Shown: positions 7,885 to 16,986 of the stretch, in pieces | How the letters are laid out: every line of letters starts with the position of its first letter | Position numbering within the stretch: the stretch's first letter is position 1 | Source: Thermoleophilia bacterium | GTDB lineage: Bacteria; Actinomycetota; Thermoleophilia; Gaiellales; Gaiellaceae | Length of the DNA: 64,000 nucleotides | Direction: 5' to 3' | Assembly (NCBI GenBank): GCA_025934995.1 | Contig: JAICWC010000001.1 | Location: 759-64,758, forward strand | The notes under the pieces: generated by a model | Told to the model about the DNA's origin: nothing | What the model saw: only the letters and a program-made list of their open reading frames with translations | The model's database searches: none | Translations under genes and position numbers: made by a program

Positions 7885-8703
7885 TCACGCCGCGTTCTTC
7901 CGCTCCTCGACGACGCGCAGGATGCGGTGCGCGGTCTCCTCGATCGACAGCTCGGAGATGTCGATCACCGGGCAGCCGAGCTTGCGGTGCAGCTTCGAGG
8001 CCTCCTCGAGCTCTTCGTAGATCTCGAGCAGCTCGGCGTACCGGCGGTTGCGCGACGCGCCCATCGATCGCACGCGCGCGCGTCGGATCTCCATCAAGCG
8101 GTTCGGGTCGATCGTCACGCCGACGATCTTCCGCTGATCGATCTCGAACAGCTCCTTCGGCGGCGCGATCCCCTTGACGACGGGGACGTTCGCCGCCTTC
8201 TGCCCGAGATAGCCGAGATAGATGGAGAGCGGCGTCTTCGACGTCCGTGAGACGCCGACGAGGATGACGTCCGCTTCCTGCAGGCCGCGACCGACGCCGT
8301 CGTCGAAGCGAACGGCGAACTCGATCGCCTCCATCCGCTTGAAGTACGCGGAGTTGAGCGGCGGCCGCGAGCCGGGGCTCATCTTCGCCGCCCGGCCGGA
8401 GACGCGTGCGACGGCGTCGATCGGGTGTCCGAGCAGGTCGCAGTAGTGGAGTCGGGTGCGCCGGCAGAGCGCGCGCATCGCGCTGCGCATCTCCGGGTCG
8501 ACGAGGGTGTAGACGACGACGGCCGGCCTTCCCTTCATGCGGCTGACGGCGATGTGCAGGTCATCCTCCGTCTCGACCCGCGGATGCCGGATCTCGACGA
8601 ACTCCTGGTCGGGGAACTGCGCCTCGAGTGCCTGCACGAGCCGCGCCGCCGTCTCGCCGGTGGCGTCGCTGACGACGTGCAGCTCGACCGGGGTCTTCGT
8701 CAC
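7885..8703 (-). CDS. pyruvate, phosphate dikinase regulatory protein (PDRP, DUF299 kinase/phosphorylase)
   Basis: HVVSDATGETA, ILVGVSRTSKTPLSIYL (P-loop) and the overall length of about 270 aa fit PDRP. The GTG start overlaps the ybaK stop (GTGA). Confidence 0.9.
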   Translation of the reverse strand: MTKTPVELHVVSDATGETAARLVQALEAQFPDQEFVEIRHPRVETEDDLHIAVSRMKGRPAVVVYTLVDPEMRSAMRALCRRTRLHYCDLLGHPIDAVARVSGRAAKMSPGSRPPLNSAYFKRMEAIEFAVRFDDGVGRGLQEADVILVGVSRTSKTPLSIYLGYLGQKAANVPVVKGIAPPKELFEIDQRKIVGVTIDPNRLMEIRRARVRSMGASRNRRYAELLEIYEELEEASKLHRKLGCPVIDISELSIEETAHRILRVVEERKNAA

Positions 8704-9158
8704 CGGCCGGACGCTATCGCGTGGACGCGTGCGTCAGTCAGCCGCACGAGGTCTCTCGGATCGAGCTCGAGCTGCAGTCCGCGCCGGCCGCCGTTGACGA
8801 GGATCGTCTCGAAATCGAGGGCGGAGCTGTCGACGTGGGTCGGCAGCTGCTTCCGCTGGCCGAGTGGGCTCGTGCCGCCGGCGACGTAGCCGGTCGAACG
8901 CCCCGCGTGCTCCTTGTCCGCGAGCTTCGCGCGCTTGCCGAGCGCCTTCACGTCGAGCTGCGACGAGACCGGCACGCACGCGACGTGCAGGTCGCCGTCG
9001 ACCGCGACGACGAGTGTCTTGAAGACGCGCTCGGCCGGCCACGCGAGCTTCTCGACCGCCTCGTCGCCGAACGATCGGGCCGCAGCGTCGTGCTCGTACT
9101 CGTGCAGCCTGTACCGCACGCCCGCGCGCTCGACTGCCGTGATCGCCGGCGTGCTCAT
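8700..9158 (-). CDS. ybaK: Cys-tRNA(Pro)/Cys-tRNA(Cys) deacylase YbaK family
   Basis: MSTPAITAVERAGVRYRLHEYEHD..., KTLVV, GYVAGGTSPLGQRKQLPTHVD and ILVNGGRRGLQLEL are YbaK/EbsC hallmarks. ATG 9158 was chosen over the upstream 9194. Confidence 0.8.
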   Translation of the reverse strand: MSTPAITAVERAGVRYRLHEYEHDAAARSFGDEAVEKLAWPAERVFKTLVVAVDGDLHVACVPVSSQLDVKALGKRAKLADKEHAGRSTGYVAGGTSPLGQRKQLPTHVDSSALDFETILVNGGRRGLQLELDPRDLVRLTDARVHAIASGR

Positions 9159-9192
9159 GTGGATACGGTACGGCTCCGTGACCGACGTGACC

Positions 9193-10530
9193 ATGGACCA
9201 GATCGTCTCGCTCTGCCGCCGCCGGGGCTTCGTCTTCCCGAGCTCGGAGATCTACGGCGGCCTCAGCTCGACGTACGACTACGGCCACTACGGCGTGCTG
9301 ATGAAGAACGAGATCCGCCAGGCCTGGCTGCGCTCGATGGTGCAGGAGCGGGACGACATCGTCGCGCTCGACTCCGCCGTGATCCTCAACCCGGCGGTGT
9401 GGGAGGCGTCGGGCCACGTCGCTGGCTTCACGGACCCGCTCGTCGACTGCCGCACGTGCAAGCTCCGCTTCCGCGCCGACAAGCTCGAGGACTCGCACTG
9501 CGGCAAGCGGCCGTCGAAGAAGCCCGGCGAGGACGCGCAGTGCGACCTCACCGAGGCGCGGCAGTTCAACCTGATGTTCCAGACGCAGGTGGGCGCGATG
9601 GAAGGTGCATCCTCGACCGCGTATCTCCGGCCCGAGACGGCGCAGGGCATCTTCATCAACTTCAAGAACGTCCTCCAGATCGCGCGGCGCAAGCCGCCGT
9701 TCGGGATCGCGCAGACCGGCAAGTCGTTCCGAAACGAGATCACACCGGGCAACTTCCTCTTCCGCGTCCGCGAGTTCGAGCAGATGGAGATGGAGTTCTT
9801 CGTCCCGCCGGCGGATGCGCCGAAGTGGCACGAGTACTGGATCGACCAGCGCCTCAGCTGGCACCTCGGGCTGGGGCTCCGTCGCGAGATGCTGCGCGTG
9901 CGCCCGCACGAGGCGGAGGAGCTCTCGCACTACTCGAGCGCGACGAGTGACATCGAGTACCTCTACCCGATCGGCTGGCAGGAGCTCGAAGGCGTGGCGA
10001 ACCGCGGCGACTACGACCTGACGCAGCATGCGGAAGCGTCCGGGACGAAGCTCGAGTTCGTCGGCCCGGACGGCGAGCGCTACGTCCCGTACGTGGTCGA
10101 GCCCGCGGTCTCGATCGAGCGGATCTTCGTCGCACTGCTGTGCGACGCGTACTACGAGGAGGTCGTCGGCGAGCGCGAGCGCACCGTTCTGCGTCTCTCG
10201 CCACGCGTCGCACCGGTGAAGGCCGCCGTGCTGCCGCTGATCTCGAAAGACGAAGGCATGGCGACCCAGGCAAGGAATTTGTTCGAAGAGCTCCGGAAGC
10301 GCTTCTCGGTGGAGCATGATGACTCGGGCCAGATCGGCAGGCGTTACCGCCGGCAGGACGAAATCGGAACACCATGGGCTTTCACGATCGACGAACAGAC
10401 GCTGGAGGACGAGACGGTCACCGTCAGGGACCGGGACTCGCTCGCGCAGGAGCGCATCCCCATCTCCGGCGTGGCCTCATGGCTCTTGGCTGCGCTGGAG
10501 CGGCCCTGGTCGCCGCCGGTTGCGGCCTGA
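9193..10530 (+). CDS. glyQS: glycine--tRNA ligase (dimeric class II GlyQS type)
   Basis: In-frame part of ORF 8914..10530, starting at MDQIVSLCRRRGFVFPSSEIYGGL. Also present: YLRPETAQGIF, FRNEITPGNFLFRVREFEQMEMEFF and RRYRRQDEIGTPWAFTID. Confidence 0.95.
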   Translation: MDQIVSLCRRRGFVFPSSEIYGGLSSTYDYGHYGVLMKNEIRQAWLRSMVQERDDIVALDSAVILNPAVWEASGHVAGFTDPLVDCRTCKLRFRADKLEDSHCGKRPSKKPGEDAQCDLTEARQFNLMFQTQVGAMEGASSTAYLRPETAQGIFINFKNVLQIARRKPPFGIAQTGKSFRNEITPGNFLFRVREFEQMEMEFFVPPADAPKWHEYWIDQRLSWHLGLGLRREMLRVRPHEAEELSHYSSATSDIEYLYPIGWQELEGVANRGDYDLTQHAEASGTKLEFVGPDGERYVPYVVEPAVSIERIFVALLCDAYYEEVVGERERTVLRLSPRVAPVKAAVLPLISKDEGMATQARNLFEELRKRFSVEHDDSGQIGRRYRRQDEIGTPWAFTIDEQTLEDETVTVRDRDSLAQERIPISGVASWLLAALERPWSPPVAA

Positions 10531-11027
10531 CGAGCTCGGCGAGCAAGACGACGACCGTCACGCAGACGGTGACGCGCACCGTCACCCACACGGTGACGAC
10601 GACGTCGCCGACCGGCGGCGGCGCGTGCTCGGCACACGACCTCACCGGCACGTTCGAAGTGCTGCAGGGAAGCGCGGGGGCCGGCAACATCGTCTACACG
10701 CTGAAGGTGGTCAACGCGTCGCAGAGCGCGTGCACGGTCTCCGGCATCCCGACGATCGACTTCCTCGATTCGAGCGGACAGCCGCTGAAGAAGGCGGTCA
10801 GCCCGAACGGGGCCGGGACTGCCGTCGTCGTGACGTTGCAGCCGGGAGACTCGGCGCGGTCTCAGGTCCGTTTCTCGCCGGACGTCGACCCGTGCGATCC
10901 CGGCACCGCGACCACGCTGCGGTTGACGATGCCGGACAACAGCACGCTCGACGCGAAGATCTCCCCGGCGACGAGGCTCTGCGGCGGCGGCTCGCTGCAG
11001 CCGACGCCGTTCAGCGGCGCCGCCTAA
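10479..11027 (+). CDS. DUF4232-like lipoprotein
   Basis: Internal ATG of ORF 10374..11027. MALGCAGAALVAAGCG carries a lipobox. A TVT-repeat linker follows, then C..DL...F....GAGN....L.V.N.S...C.V.GIP.I.F.D..G in the DUF4232 pattern. The 5' end overlaps the glyQS 3' end. Confidence 0.7.
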   Translation: MALGCAGAALVAAGCGLTSSASKTTTVTQTVTRTVTHTVTTTSPTGGGACSAHDLTGTFEVLQGSAGAGNIVYTLKVVNASQSACTVSGIPTIDFLDSSGQPLKKAVSPNGAGTAVVVTLQPGDSARSQVRFSPDVDPCDPGTATTLRLTMPDNSTLDAKISPATRLCGGGSLQPTPFSGAA

Positions 11028-11437
11028 CCGCGCTGCATGAGCCGCGGATGCGGCGCGAAGCCGAACTTCTCGTACAACGAGTGTGCGTCGCGGGTGTGCA
11101 AGACCCAGGTGCGGCCTGCGAGTGGCCCGTTCTCCACGATCTCGCGCACGAGCTCGATGCCGAGCCCTCGGCCGCGGTGCTCGTCGAGCACGTACACGTC
11201 GGCGAGGTAGACGAAGCCCGCGGCGTCGCAGTCGACCGCACGCGCGAAGCCGACCTGTTCGGCACCCTCGTAGAGGCCGACGACATGCGCGCTCGCGTCG
11301 ATCAGCTCGTCCTGCCGCCGGCGCGTCCGCCCCTGCGCCCAGTACGAGACGCCGCCGATATAGGCGTGGATCGCCGCGCGGTCGAGCCGCGCCCGATCGT
11401 CGTCCAGCTCGTAGCCGTTTTCGAGCGTCCGTTTCAC
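11024..11437 (-). CDS. GNAT family N-acetyltransferase
   Basis: 3' part of ORF 11024..12106, starting at GTG 11437 (VKRTLENGYELDDDRARLD...). The acetyl-CoA motif VLDEHRGRGLGIELV is present. Confidence 0.8.
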   Translation of the reverse strand: MKRTLENGYELDDDRARLDRAAIHAYIGGVSYWAQGRTRRRQDELIDASAHVVGLYEGAEQVGFARAVDCDAAGFVYLADVYVLDEHRGRGLGIELVREIVENGPLAGRTWVLHTRDAHSLYEKFGFAPHPRLMQRG

Positions 11438-11452
11438 GGGAACAAGCCTGCC

Positions 11453-11851
11453 ATGCCGGAGCGCGAGGTCGGTGTCGAAGAGGTCAAGGCATTCAAGACG
11501 CAGTCCGGGAACACCCGGTTCGTGCTGCGGGCCGACGACGGCAGCGAGTACACGACCTTCAAGGAGGCGATCGCCCGCGACGCCGTCGGGGCGGAGGGCA
11601 AGCGCGCCCGCATCGGGTTCCACGAGCAGGAGCGCAACGGGTTCACGAACGTCTACCTCGACAAGGTCGAGGTGCTGGACGAGCCGGAGGGCGACCCGAA
11701 CATCGAGGAGGTCGCCTGGAAGACGGCGGTCGACGCGGCGCCGTGGCTCCTCGGCGACGCGCCGAAGGGCGGCATCGACGCAGACGAGGCGTTCGAGAAG
11801 CTGCAGCCGTTCAAGGAGCGGGTCGCGGAGGACATCCGCGACGACGGCTAG
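11453..11851 (+). CDS. hypothetical protein (132 aa)
   Basis: 3' part of ORF 10316..11851 from ATG 11453 (MPEREVGVEEVKAFKTQSGNTRFVLRADDGSEYTTFKEA...). Its protein-like composition contrasts with the Arg/Pro-rich upstream part of the ORF. No family was recognised. Confidence 0.55.
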   Translation: MPEREVGVEEVKAFKTQSGNTRFVLRADDGSEYTTFKEAIARDAVGAEGKRARIGFHEQERNGFTNVYLDKVEVLDEPEGDPNIEEVAWKTAVDAAPWLLGDAPKGGIDADEAFEKLQPFKERVAEDIRDDG

Positions 11852-12597
11852 GCGGAGAGCGTACGCAGGCGGAAGCCGCCGTGGTACTCGTAGCTCGCCG
11901 TGACGACGCGCAGCGCGTCGCGTGAGGCGCGCTCGTCGAGCCCGAGCCCGACGGCGTCCGCGAGCGGGCTCGCAAGCAGCGCCTCGATCCCCCGGATCCC
12001 GTCCCCGCTCAGGGCAAGCGCCTCCGCCTCGTTGGCGCAGCCGCCGCAGACCGCGCCGCCGGCGCGCGGCGAGTAGCCGACGAGCGTCGCATCCTCCGCC
12101 CCGCACTCCGCGCAGCTCGTCAGGTGCGGCAGATAGCCCGAGAGCCAGAGCAGCTTCAACTGGAACGAGAGCGCGAGCGGATCGAGCGCCGGCCGCTCCG
12201 CCGCATGCGGTGTCGTGTCGAGCGCCTCGAGGAAGCGCGTCAACGCGAGAAACGCGCGCTCGTTCGCCTCCTGCTCGCTGAAGAGGCGCAGCATCGCCTC
12301 GGCGCCGATCAACCCGACGCTCAGACGGTAGTAGTCCTCGCGCGCGTGGTGGTGGGCATCGAGCAGGTGGACGCCGGTGATCGTCTGCAGATCGCTCTGG
12401 CCCTGGTGGAGAAGCAGCTCGACATGGCTCAACGGCTCGAGCCGGGCGCCGAAGCGGGACTTCGTCTTCCGGACGCCCTTCGCGACGGCGCCGACCCGGC
12501 CGCGGTCGAGCGTGTAGATGTGGAGGACGCGGTCGGCCTCGCCGAGCCGCATCGACCGCAGGACGACCGCCTCGGTCTTGACCGTGCGGGAAGCCAT
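11848..12597 (-). CDS. recO: DNA repair protein RecO
   Basis: Starts AVVLRSMRLGEADRVLHIYTLDRGRVGAVAKGVRKTKSRF, and carries a C-terminal Cys cluster (CAECG...CGGC). Confidence 0.9.
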   Translation of the reverse strand: MASRTVKTEAVVLRSMRLGEADRVLHIYTLDRGRVGAVAKGVRKTKSRFGARLEPLSHVELLLHQGQSDLQTITGVHLLDAHHHAREDYYRLSVGLIGAEAMLRLFSEQEANERAFLALTRFLEALDTTPHAAERPALDPLALSFQLKLLWLSGYLPHLTSCAECGAEDATLVGYSPRAGGAVCGGCANEAEALALSGDGIRGIEALLASPLADAVGLGLDERASRDALRVVTASYEYHGGFRLRTLSA

Positions 12598-12654
12598 GTC
12601 TGAGCCAGTCTAGGCCCGGGAACGGATCCCGCCCTTTCGTCGTTGTAACGAAGG

Positions 12655-12909
12655 ATGGCCCGGATTCAGATGTATACGACGCGCTGGTGCGGGTACTGCG
12701 TCCGCGCGAAGACGCTGCTCGACTCGAAGGGGCTCCCGTATGAGGAGATCCATCTCGACGACGACGAGCACTTCCGTCAGACGGTGCACGATCTCACCGG
12801 CGGCTGGACGGTTCCCCAGATCCTGATCGACGGCAGGCCGATCGGCGGCTACACGGAGCTCTGGCGCCTCGACCGCGACGGCCGGCTCGACGAGCTCCTC
12901 GCGGCCTGA
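12655..12909 (+). CDS. glutaredoxin
   Basis: MYTTRWCGYCVRAKTLL (CxxC) and TVPQILIDGRPIGGYTEL. Confidence 0.9.
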   Translation: MARIQMYTTRWCGYCVRAKTLLDSKGLPYEEIHLDDDEHFRQTVHDLTGGWTVPQILIDGRPIGGYTELWRLDRDGRLDELLAA

Positions 12910-13709
12910 GCCCGCTGACATTCCGGGCAGAACCACGTGCCGCGCCCGCCGACACGTGTCTTTGCGATCGGCGTGCCGCAACGGTCGCACGGCTCGTCGG
13001 CGCGCCCGTAGACCTTGAATTCCTTCTGCATCCGGCCGCCTCGGTAGACGCCGTCGCCGAGGTCGGCGCCCTGTCGTGCGATGCCTCGCTCGAGCGCACG
13101 CCTGATCGCGCGGTGCAGGCGGCGTACCTCGTCCCGCTCGAGCGACTCGGCCGGCCGCAACGGATGGATGCGCGCCCACCAGAGCGCCTCGTCGGTGTAG
13201 ATGTTGCCGAGGCCCGCGAGGGTGCGCTGGTCGAGCAGTGCGGCTTTGATCGGCGCACGCCGCTTCTCCAATCGATCGGAAAGATGCGCGACGGTGAAGA
13301 GCGCGTCGAACGGCTCCTCGCCGACCTTGGCGTCGAGATACGACTGCACTTCGTCCGGCTCGAGGAGGAGCCAGGTGCCGAAGCGGCGCACGTCGCGATA
13401 CGAGACGCGCCGCTTGTCGTCGAGGGTGACGATCGCACGCTCGTGCGAGGTCTCCTCGTCGACGTGGAAGCCGCCCGTCATGCGCAGGTGGACGAGCAAC
13501 GCGCGGCCGGACTCGAAGCGGAGGATGAGGTACTTGCCGCGCCGGTCGACCTGCGCGACGCGCTCGCCCTGCAGCTCGGCGGCGACGTGCACCGGGTCGT
13601 ACGGCCGCGTCAGCCTGCCGTCGTCGATGCGAACGCGAGCCAGCTTCCGTCCGGTGAGGACGGGCTCGAGCAGGCGACGCACGGTCTCGACTTCCGGCAG
13701 CTCAGGCAA
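12849..13709 (-). CDS. mutM: formamidopyrimidine-DNA glycosylase
   Basis: TTG start at 13709 gives (M)PELPEVETVRR. The H2TH region and the zinc finger CDRCGTPI...GGRGTWFCPECQ are present. The 3' tail overlaps the glutaredoxin 3' end. Confidence 0.9.
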   Translation of the reverse strand: MPELPEVETVRRLLEPVLTGRKLARVRIDDGRLTRPYDPVHVAAELQGERVAQVDRRGKYLILRFESGRALLVHLRMTGGFHVDEETSHERAIVTLDDKRRVSYRDVRRFGTWLLLEPDEVQSYLDAKVGEEPFDALFTVAHLSDRLEKRRAPIKAALLDQRTLAGLGNIYTDEALWWARIHPLRPAESLERDEVRRLHRAIRRALERGIARQGADLGDGVYRGGRMQKEFKVYGRADEPCDRCGTPIAKTRVGGRGTWFCPECQRAQAARSSSSRPSRSRRQSSV

Positions 13710-15003
13710 GCGTGTCGAGGACGATAGGCCGAGCCCGCGGCTCCTCGTCGCCGAGCCGATACGCGGCGAGCACGTCGGCGGCCGCCTGCTCCGCGCTCGT
13801 CTCGTCGCGCGCATGGATCTCCGCCAGAGGCTCGCCGTCGCCGACTGCATCGCCGCGCTTCTTCAGGCACACGACGCCGACGCTGTGGTCGATCGCGTCG
13901 TCCTTCGCGCGCCGGCCGCCGCCGAGATGGACGGCGGCGAGCCCGACCGGCAGGGCTGCGAGCTCTTGGACATAGCCGCCCCGTTGCGCGAACACCTCGC
14001 GGATCAGCGGCGCCTTCGGCAGCGCGGCGAGATCCGGGTCACCGCCCTGCGCACGCACCCACCGCTCGTACGCGTCGAACGCGGAGCCGTCGGCCACCGC
14101 CGCTTCCGCGCGGCGGCGCCCCTCCTCCTCCGTGATCTCGAGGTCCGACAGCGCGAGCAGGTGTGCGCACGAGTCGAGGACGAGCTCCGTGAAGTCGTCC
14201 GGTCCTTCGCCACGGACCGTGGCCGCCGCCTCGCGCACCTCGAGCGCATTGCCGACGGCACGGCCGAGCGGCTGCTCCATGTCGGTGAGCACGGCGACGA
14301 CCTCGCGCCCGGCGCGCCGTCCGAGCGAGATCATCGTCTCCGCGAGGACGCGTGCGTCGGCGAGCGACTTCATGAACGCGCCGTCGCCGACCTTCACGTC
14401 CAACACGATCGCGTCTGCGCCCGCGGCGATCTTCTTCGACATGATCGACGCCGCGATCAGCGAGACGTTGTCGACGGTCGCGGTGACGTCACGGAGGCCG
14501 TAGAGGAGCTTGTCCGCGGGCACGAGATCCGCCGTCTGCCCGATGATCGCAAGCCCCGTCTCTCGGAGCTGCGCGACGAACTCGTCCAGGGTCAACTCGA
14601 CGCGGAAGCCGGGGATCGCTTCGAGCTTGTCGAGCGTCCCCCCGGTGTGTCCGAGCCCGCGGCCGCTCATCTTCCCGAACGGCACGCCGCACGCTGCGAC
14701 GATCGGGCCGACCGCGAGCGTCGTCTTGTCGCCGACGCCGCCCGTCGAGTGCTTGTCGACGACCTTCCGACCCAGGGCTTCGCCCAGCGCGATCGACGCT
14801 CCGCTGCGCACCATCGCATCGGTGAGCGCAAACGTCTCCGCACTCGAGAGCCCCTGGAAGTAGACGGCCATGCAGAACGCAGCCAGCTGGTAGTCCGGCA
14901 CCTCGCCGCGCGCGTACGCGAGGATCAGCTCGGTCAGCTGGGCCGCGTCGAGCTCCTTGCCGTCCCGCTTGGCCTGGATCAGCTCGGCGGCGCGGATCGT
15001 CAC
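13702..15003 (-). CDS. deoA: thymidine/pyrimidine-nucleoside phosphorylase
   Basis: IIQAKRDG..L, DKHSTGGVGDKTTL and SGRGLGHTGGTLDKLE. The GTG start at 15003 overlaps the deoB stop (GTGA). Confidence 0.9.
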   Translation of the reverse strand: MTIRAAELIQAKRDGKELDAAQLTELILAYARGEVPDYQLAAFCMAVYFQGLSSAETFALTDAMVRSGASIALGEALGRKVVDKHSTGGVGDKTTLAVGPIVAACGVPFGKMSGRGLGHTGGTLDKLEAIPGFRVELTLDEFVAQLRETGLAIIGQTADLVPADKLLYGLRDVTATVDNVSLIAASIMSKKIAAGADAIVLDVKVGDGAFMKSLADARVLAETMISLGRRAGREVVAVLTDMEQPLGRAVGNALEVREAAATVRGEGPDDFTELVLDSCAHLLALSDLEITEEEGRRRAEAAVADGSAFDAYERWVRAQGGDPDLAALPKAPLIREVFAQRGGYVQELAALPVGLAAVHLGGGRRAKDDAIDHSVGVVCLKKRGDAVGDGEPLAEIHARDETSAEQAAADVLAAYRLGDEEPRARPIVLDTLA

Positions 15004-16166
15004 GGGGTCAGGATCGGCTGTCCCGGGATGCCGCGCGTCGGGGCTTTCCCGCCGAGCCATGCGCTCACGGTCGCGCCGACGTCGGCGAACTCGCCCTCGT
15101 AGATCCGCCCTGCAGCGTTCCGCCCCTCGACGTACACCATCAGCATCGCGTGCTCGCGCGAGTGGTCGGTCGACGGCGTCGTCGGGTCACAGCCGTGGTC
15201 GGAGGTGACGACGAGCAGATCGCCGGGCCGGAGCGCATCGAGCAGATCGGGGAGGCGGCGGTCGAAGTCCTGGAGGCAGCGGTGGAAGTTGATCGGATCG
15301 TTGCGGTGACCCCAGAGCATGTCGGTCTCGACGAGATTGGTGAAGATGAATCCCTCGTCGAGCTCGCGTAACAGTCGTTCGGTCTCCTGGATGCCTTCGT
15401 TGTTCGATTTCGTCGGATGGGACTCGTCGATGTCGCAGCCGGCGAAGATGTCGAAGATCTTCCCGACGCCGTGCACAGTGACGCCGGCGTCGCGGATCAA
15501 CGAGAGATAGTTCGGCCGCTTCGGCTCGAGCGAGAAGTCGTGGCGGTTCGACGTCCGTTCGTACGCGCCGGGCTTGCCCCTGAAGGGGCGGGCGATCACA
15601 CGTCCGACCGCGTGCTTGCCCGTCAGGATCTCCCGGGCGGTGCGACACGCGTCGTACAGCTCCTCGAGCGGCACGGTCTCCTCGTGCGCGGCGATCTGGA
15701 AGACCGAGTCGGCGGACGTGTAGACGATCCACTTCCCGCTCCGCTGATGCTCTTCGCCGAGCTCCTGGATGATCTCCGTCCCCGACGCCGGCTTGTTGCC
15801 GAGGACGCCGCGTGCGGTGCGATGCATGAACGGATCGATGACGTCGTGCGGGAAGCCGTGCGGATACGTCGGGAACGCCTGCGCAGTGAGGACGCCCATC
15901 AGCTCCCAGTGGCCGGTCGTCGTGTCCTTGCCCTTCGAGTGCTCGACGAGCCGTCCGGCGATCGCCGGCGCGCCCGGCTGCGGCCGACACCCTTCGAGGG
16001 CCTCGACGTTGCCGAGGCCGAGGGCCTCCATCGTCGGCAGATCGAGGCCGCCGACCGCCTTCGCGACGTTGCCGAGGGTGTCCGAGCCGACGTCGCCGTA
16101 CTCGTCGGCGTCGGGGAGCGCGCCCGCCCCCACCGCATCGAGCACGATCACGCAGGCCCTGGGCAT
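15000..16166 (-). CDS. deoB: phosphopentomutase
   Basis: VIVLDAVGAG, GKDTTTGHWELMG, NLVETDMLWGHRND and TSDHGCDPT. Confidence 0.95.
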   Translation of the reverse strand: MPRACVIVLDAVGAGALPDADEYGDVGSDTLGNVAKAVGGLDLPTMEALGLGNVEALEGCRPQPGAPAIAGRLVEHSKGKDTTTGHWELMGVLTAQAFPTYPHGFPHDVIDPFMHRTARGVLGNKPASGTEIIQELGEEHQRSGKWIVYTSADSVFQIAAHEETVPLEELYDACRTAREILTGKHAVGRVIARPFRGKPGAYERTSNRHDFSLEPKRPNYLSLIRDAGVTVHGVGKIFDIFAGCDIDESHPTKSNNEGIQETERLLRELDEGFIFTNLVETDMLWGHRNDPINFHRCLQDFDRRLPDLLDALRPGDLLVVTSDHGCDPTTPSTDHSREHAMLMVYVEGRNAAGRIYEGEFADVGATVSAWLGGKAPTRGIPGQPILTP

Positions 16167-16185
16167 CGGGCTATTCTAGGTTCGG

Positions 16186-16314
16186 ATGTCGAACGTTCTC
16201 GGAGTCCTCGCGTTCATCGTGTTCATCGCGGTGGTGATCGGTGCGGCCGCAGGGATCACCTGGGTCGTCGTCAAGCTGTCGCCGCCGAAGCAGCAGCAGC
16301 CGCCCGCGTCGTAG
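16186..16314 (+). CDS. 42-aa single-pass membrane peptide (below the ORF-track cut-off)
   Basis: Manual translation: MSNVLGVLAFIVFIAVVIGAAAGITWVVVKLSPPKQQQPPAS. It fills the gap between deoB and the RibD_C-like gene. Confidence 0.35.
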   Translation: MSNVLGVLAFIVFIAVVIGAAAGITWVVVKLSPPKQQQPPAS

Positions 16315-16346
16315 CGGCGCACGCGCAACTCGCGCACCCTGAACCG

Positions 16347-16970
16347 ATGTCTCGCGTCCGGGCCCACAACTTCTCGATCTCGCTCGACGGGTTCGCTACC
16401 GGCGAGGGCCTCTCGTTGGACGAGCCGTTCGGCCACGCCGGGCATCGGCTCCACCAGTGGATGTTCGCGACCCGGTTCTGGGGCCCGGCCGGGACTACCG
16501 GCGTCGACAACGCCTTCGCCCAGCTCTTCGAGCGCGGCATCGGGGCGGAGATCATGGGCGCCGGCAAGTTCGGACCTCCGGGTTGGCAGGACGACGCGGA
16601 GTGGCGCGGCTGGTGGGGGCCGGATCCGCCGTTCCACACGCCGACCTACGTGCTGACGCATCGGCCGCGGCCGCCGCTCGAGATGGAGGGCGGCACGACC
16701 TTTCATTTCCTCGACGCCCCTCCGGTGGACGCACTTGCCGTTGCGCGCGAGGCGGCGGGCGATCTGGACGTCCGGATCGGCGGCGGTCCGACGTTGCTGC
16801 GCGAGTTCCTCGCCGCCGGCCTCGTCGACCACCTGCACGTCGTGCAGGTCCCGATCCTGCTCGGCCGCGGCGTGCGGCTGTGGGACGGCCTCGAGGCGCT
16901 CGAGGAGCAGTACGACGTGGAGGCCGTGTCGACGCCGAGCGGCGTCACCCACCTCACCTTCACACGGTGA
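16347..16970 (+). CDS. dihydrofolate reductase-like (RibD C-terminal domain) family protein
   Basis: 3' part of ORF 15417..16970 from ATG 16347: MSRVRAHNFSISLDGFATGEG..., MGAGKFG and DVRIGGGPTLLREFLAAGLVDHLHV. Confidence 0.8.
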   Translation: MSRVRAHNFSISLDGFATGEGLSLDEPFGHAGHRLHQWMFATRFWGPAGTTGVDNAFAQLFERGIGAEIMGAGKFGPPGWQDDAEWRGWWGPDPPFHTPTYVLTHRPRPPLEMEGGTTFHFLDAPPVDALAVAREAAGDLDVRIGGGPTLLREFLAAGLVDHLHVVQVPILLGRGVRLWDGLEALEEQYDVEAVSTPSGVTHLTFTR

Positions 16971-16986
16971 GGGCGCCGGCGCGGCG

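Noticed and set aside
8734-10317. 527-aa minus-strand ORF
   Set aside because: It is antisense to glyQS and ybaK, has an Arg/Pro/Ala-rich composition and no motifs. The plus-strand frame encodes a complete, highly conserved GlyRS.
10545-10615. Apparent nucleotide periodicity (acg/gtc/acc repeats) after the lipoprotein signal
   Set aside because: It simply encodes a TTTVTQTVTRTVTHTVTTT low-complexity linker of the DUF4232 lipoprotein. This is not an independent repeat element. The same applies to the Thr run at about 3625-3665 and the Gly run at about 5265-5290.
13201-15102. 633-aa plus-strand ORF
   Set aside because: It is antisense to mutM and the pyrimidine-nucleoside phosphorylase gene. 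It has shadow-ORF composition (Arg/Ser/Ala rich).
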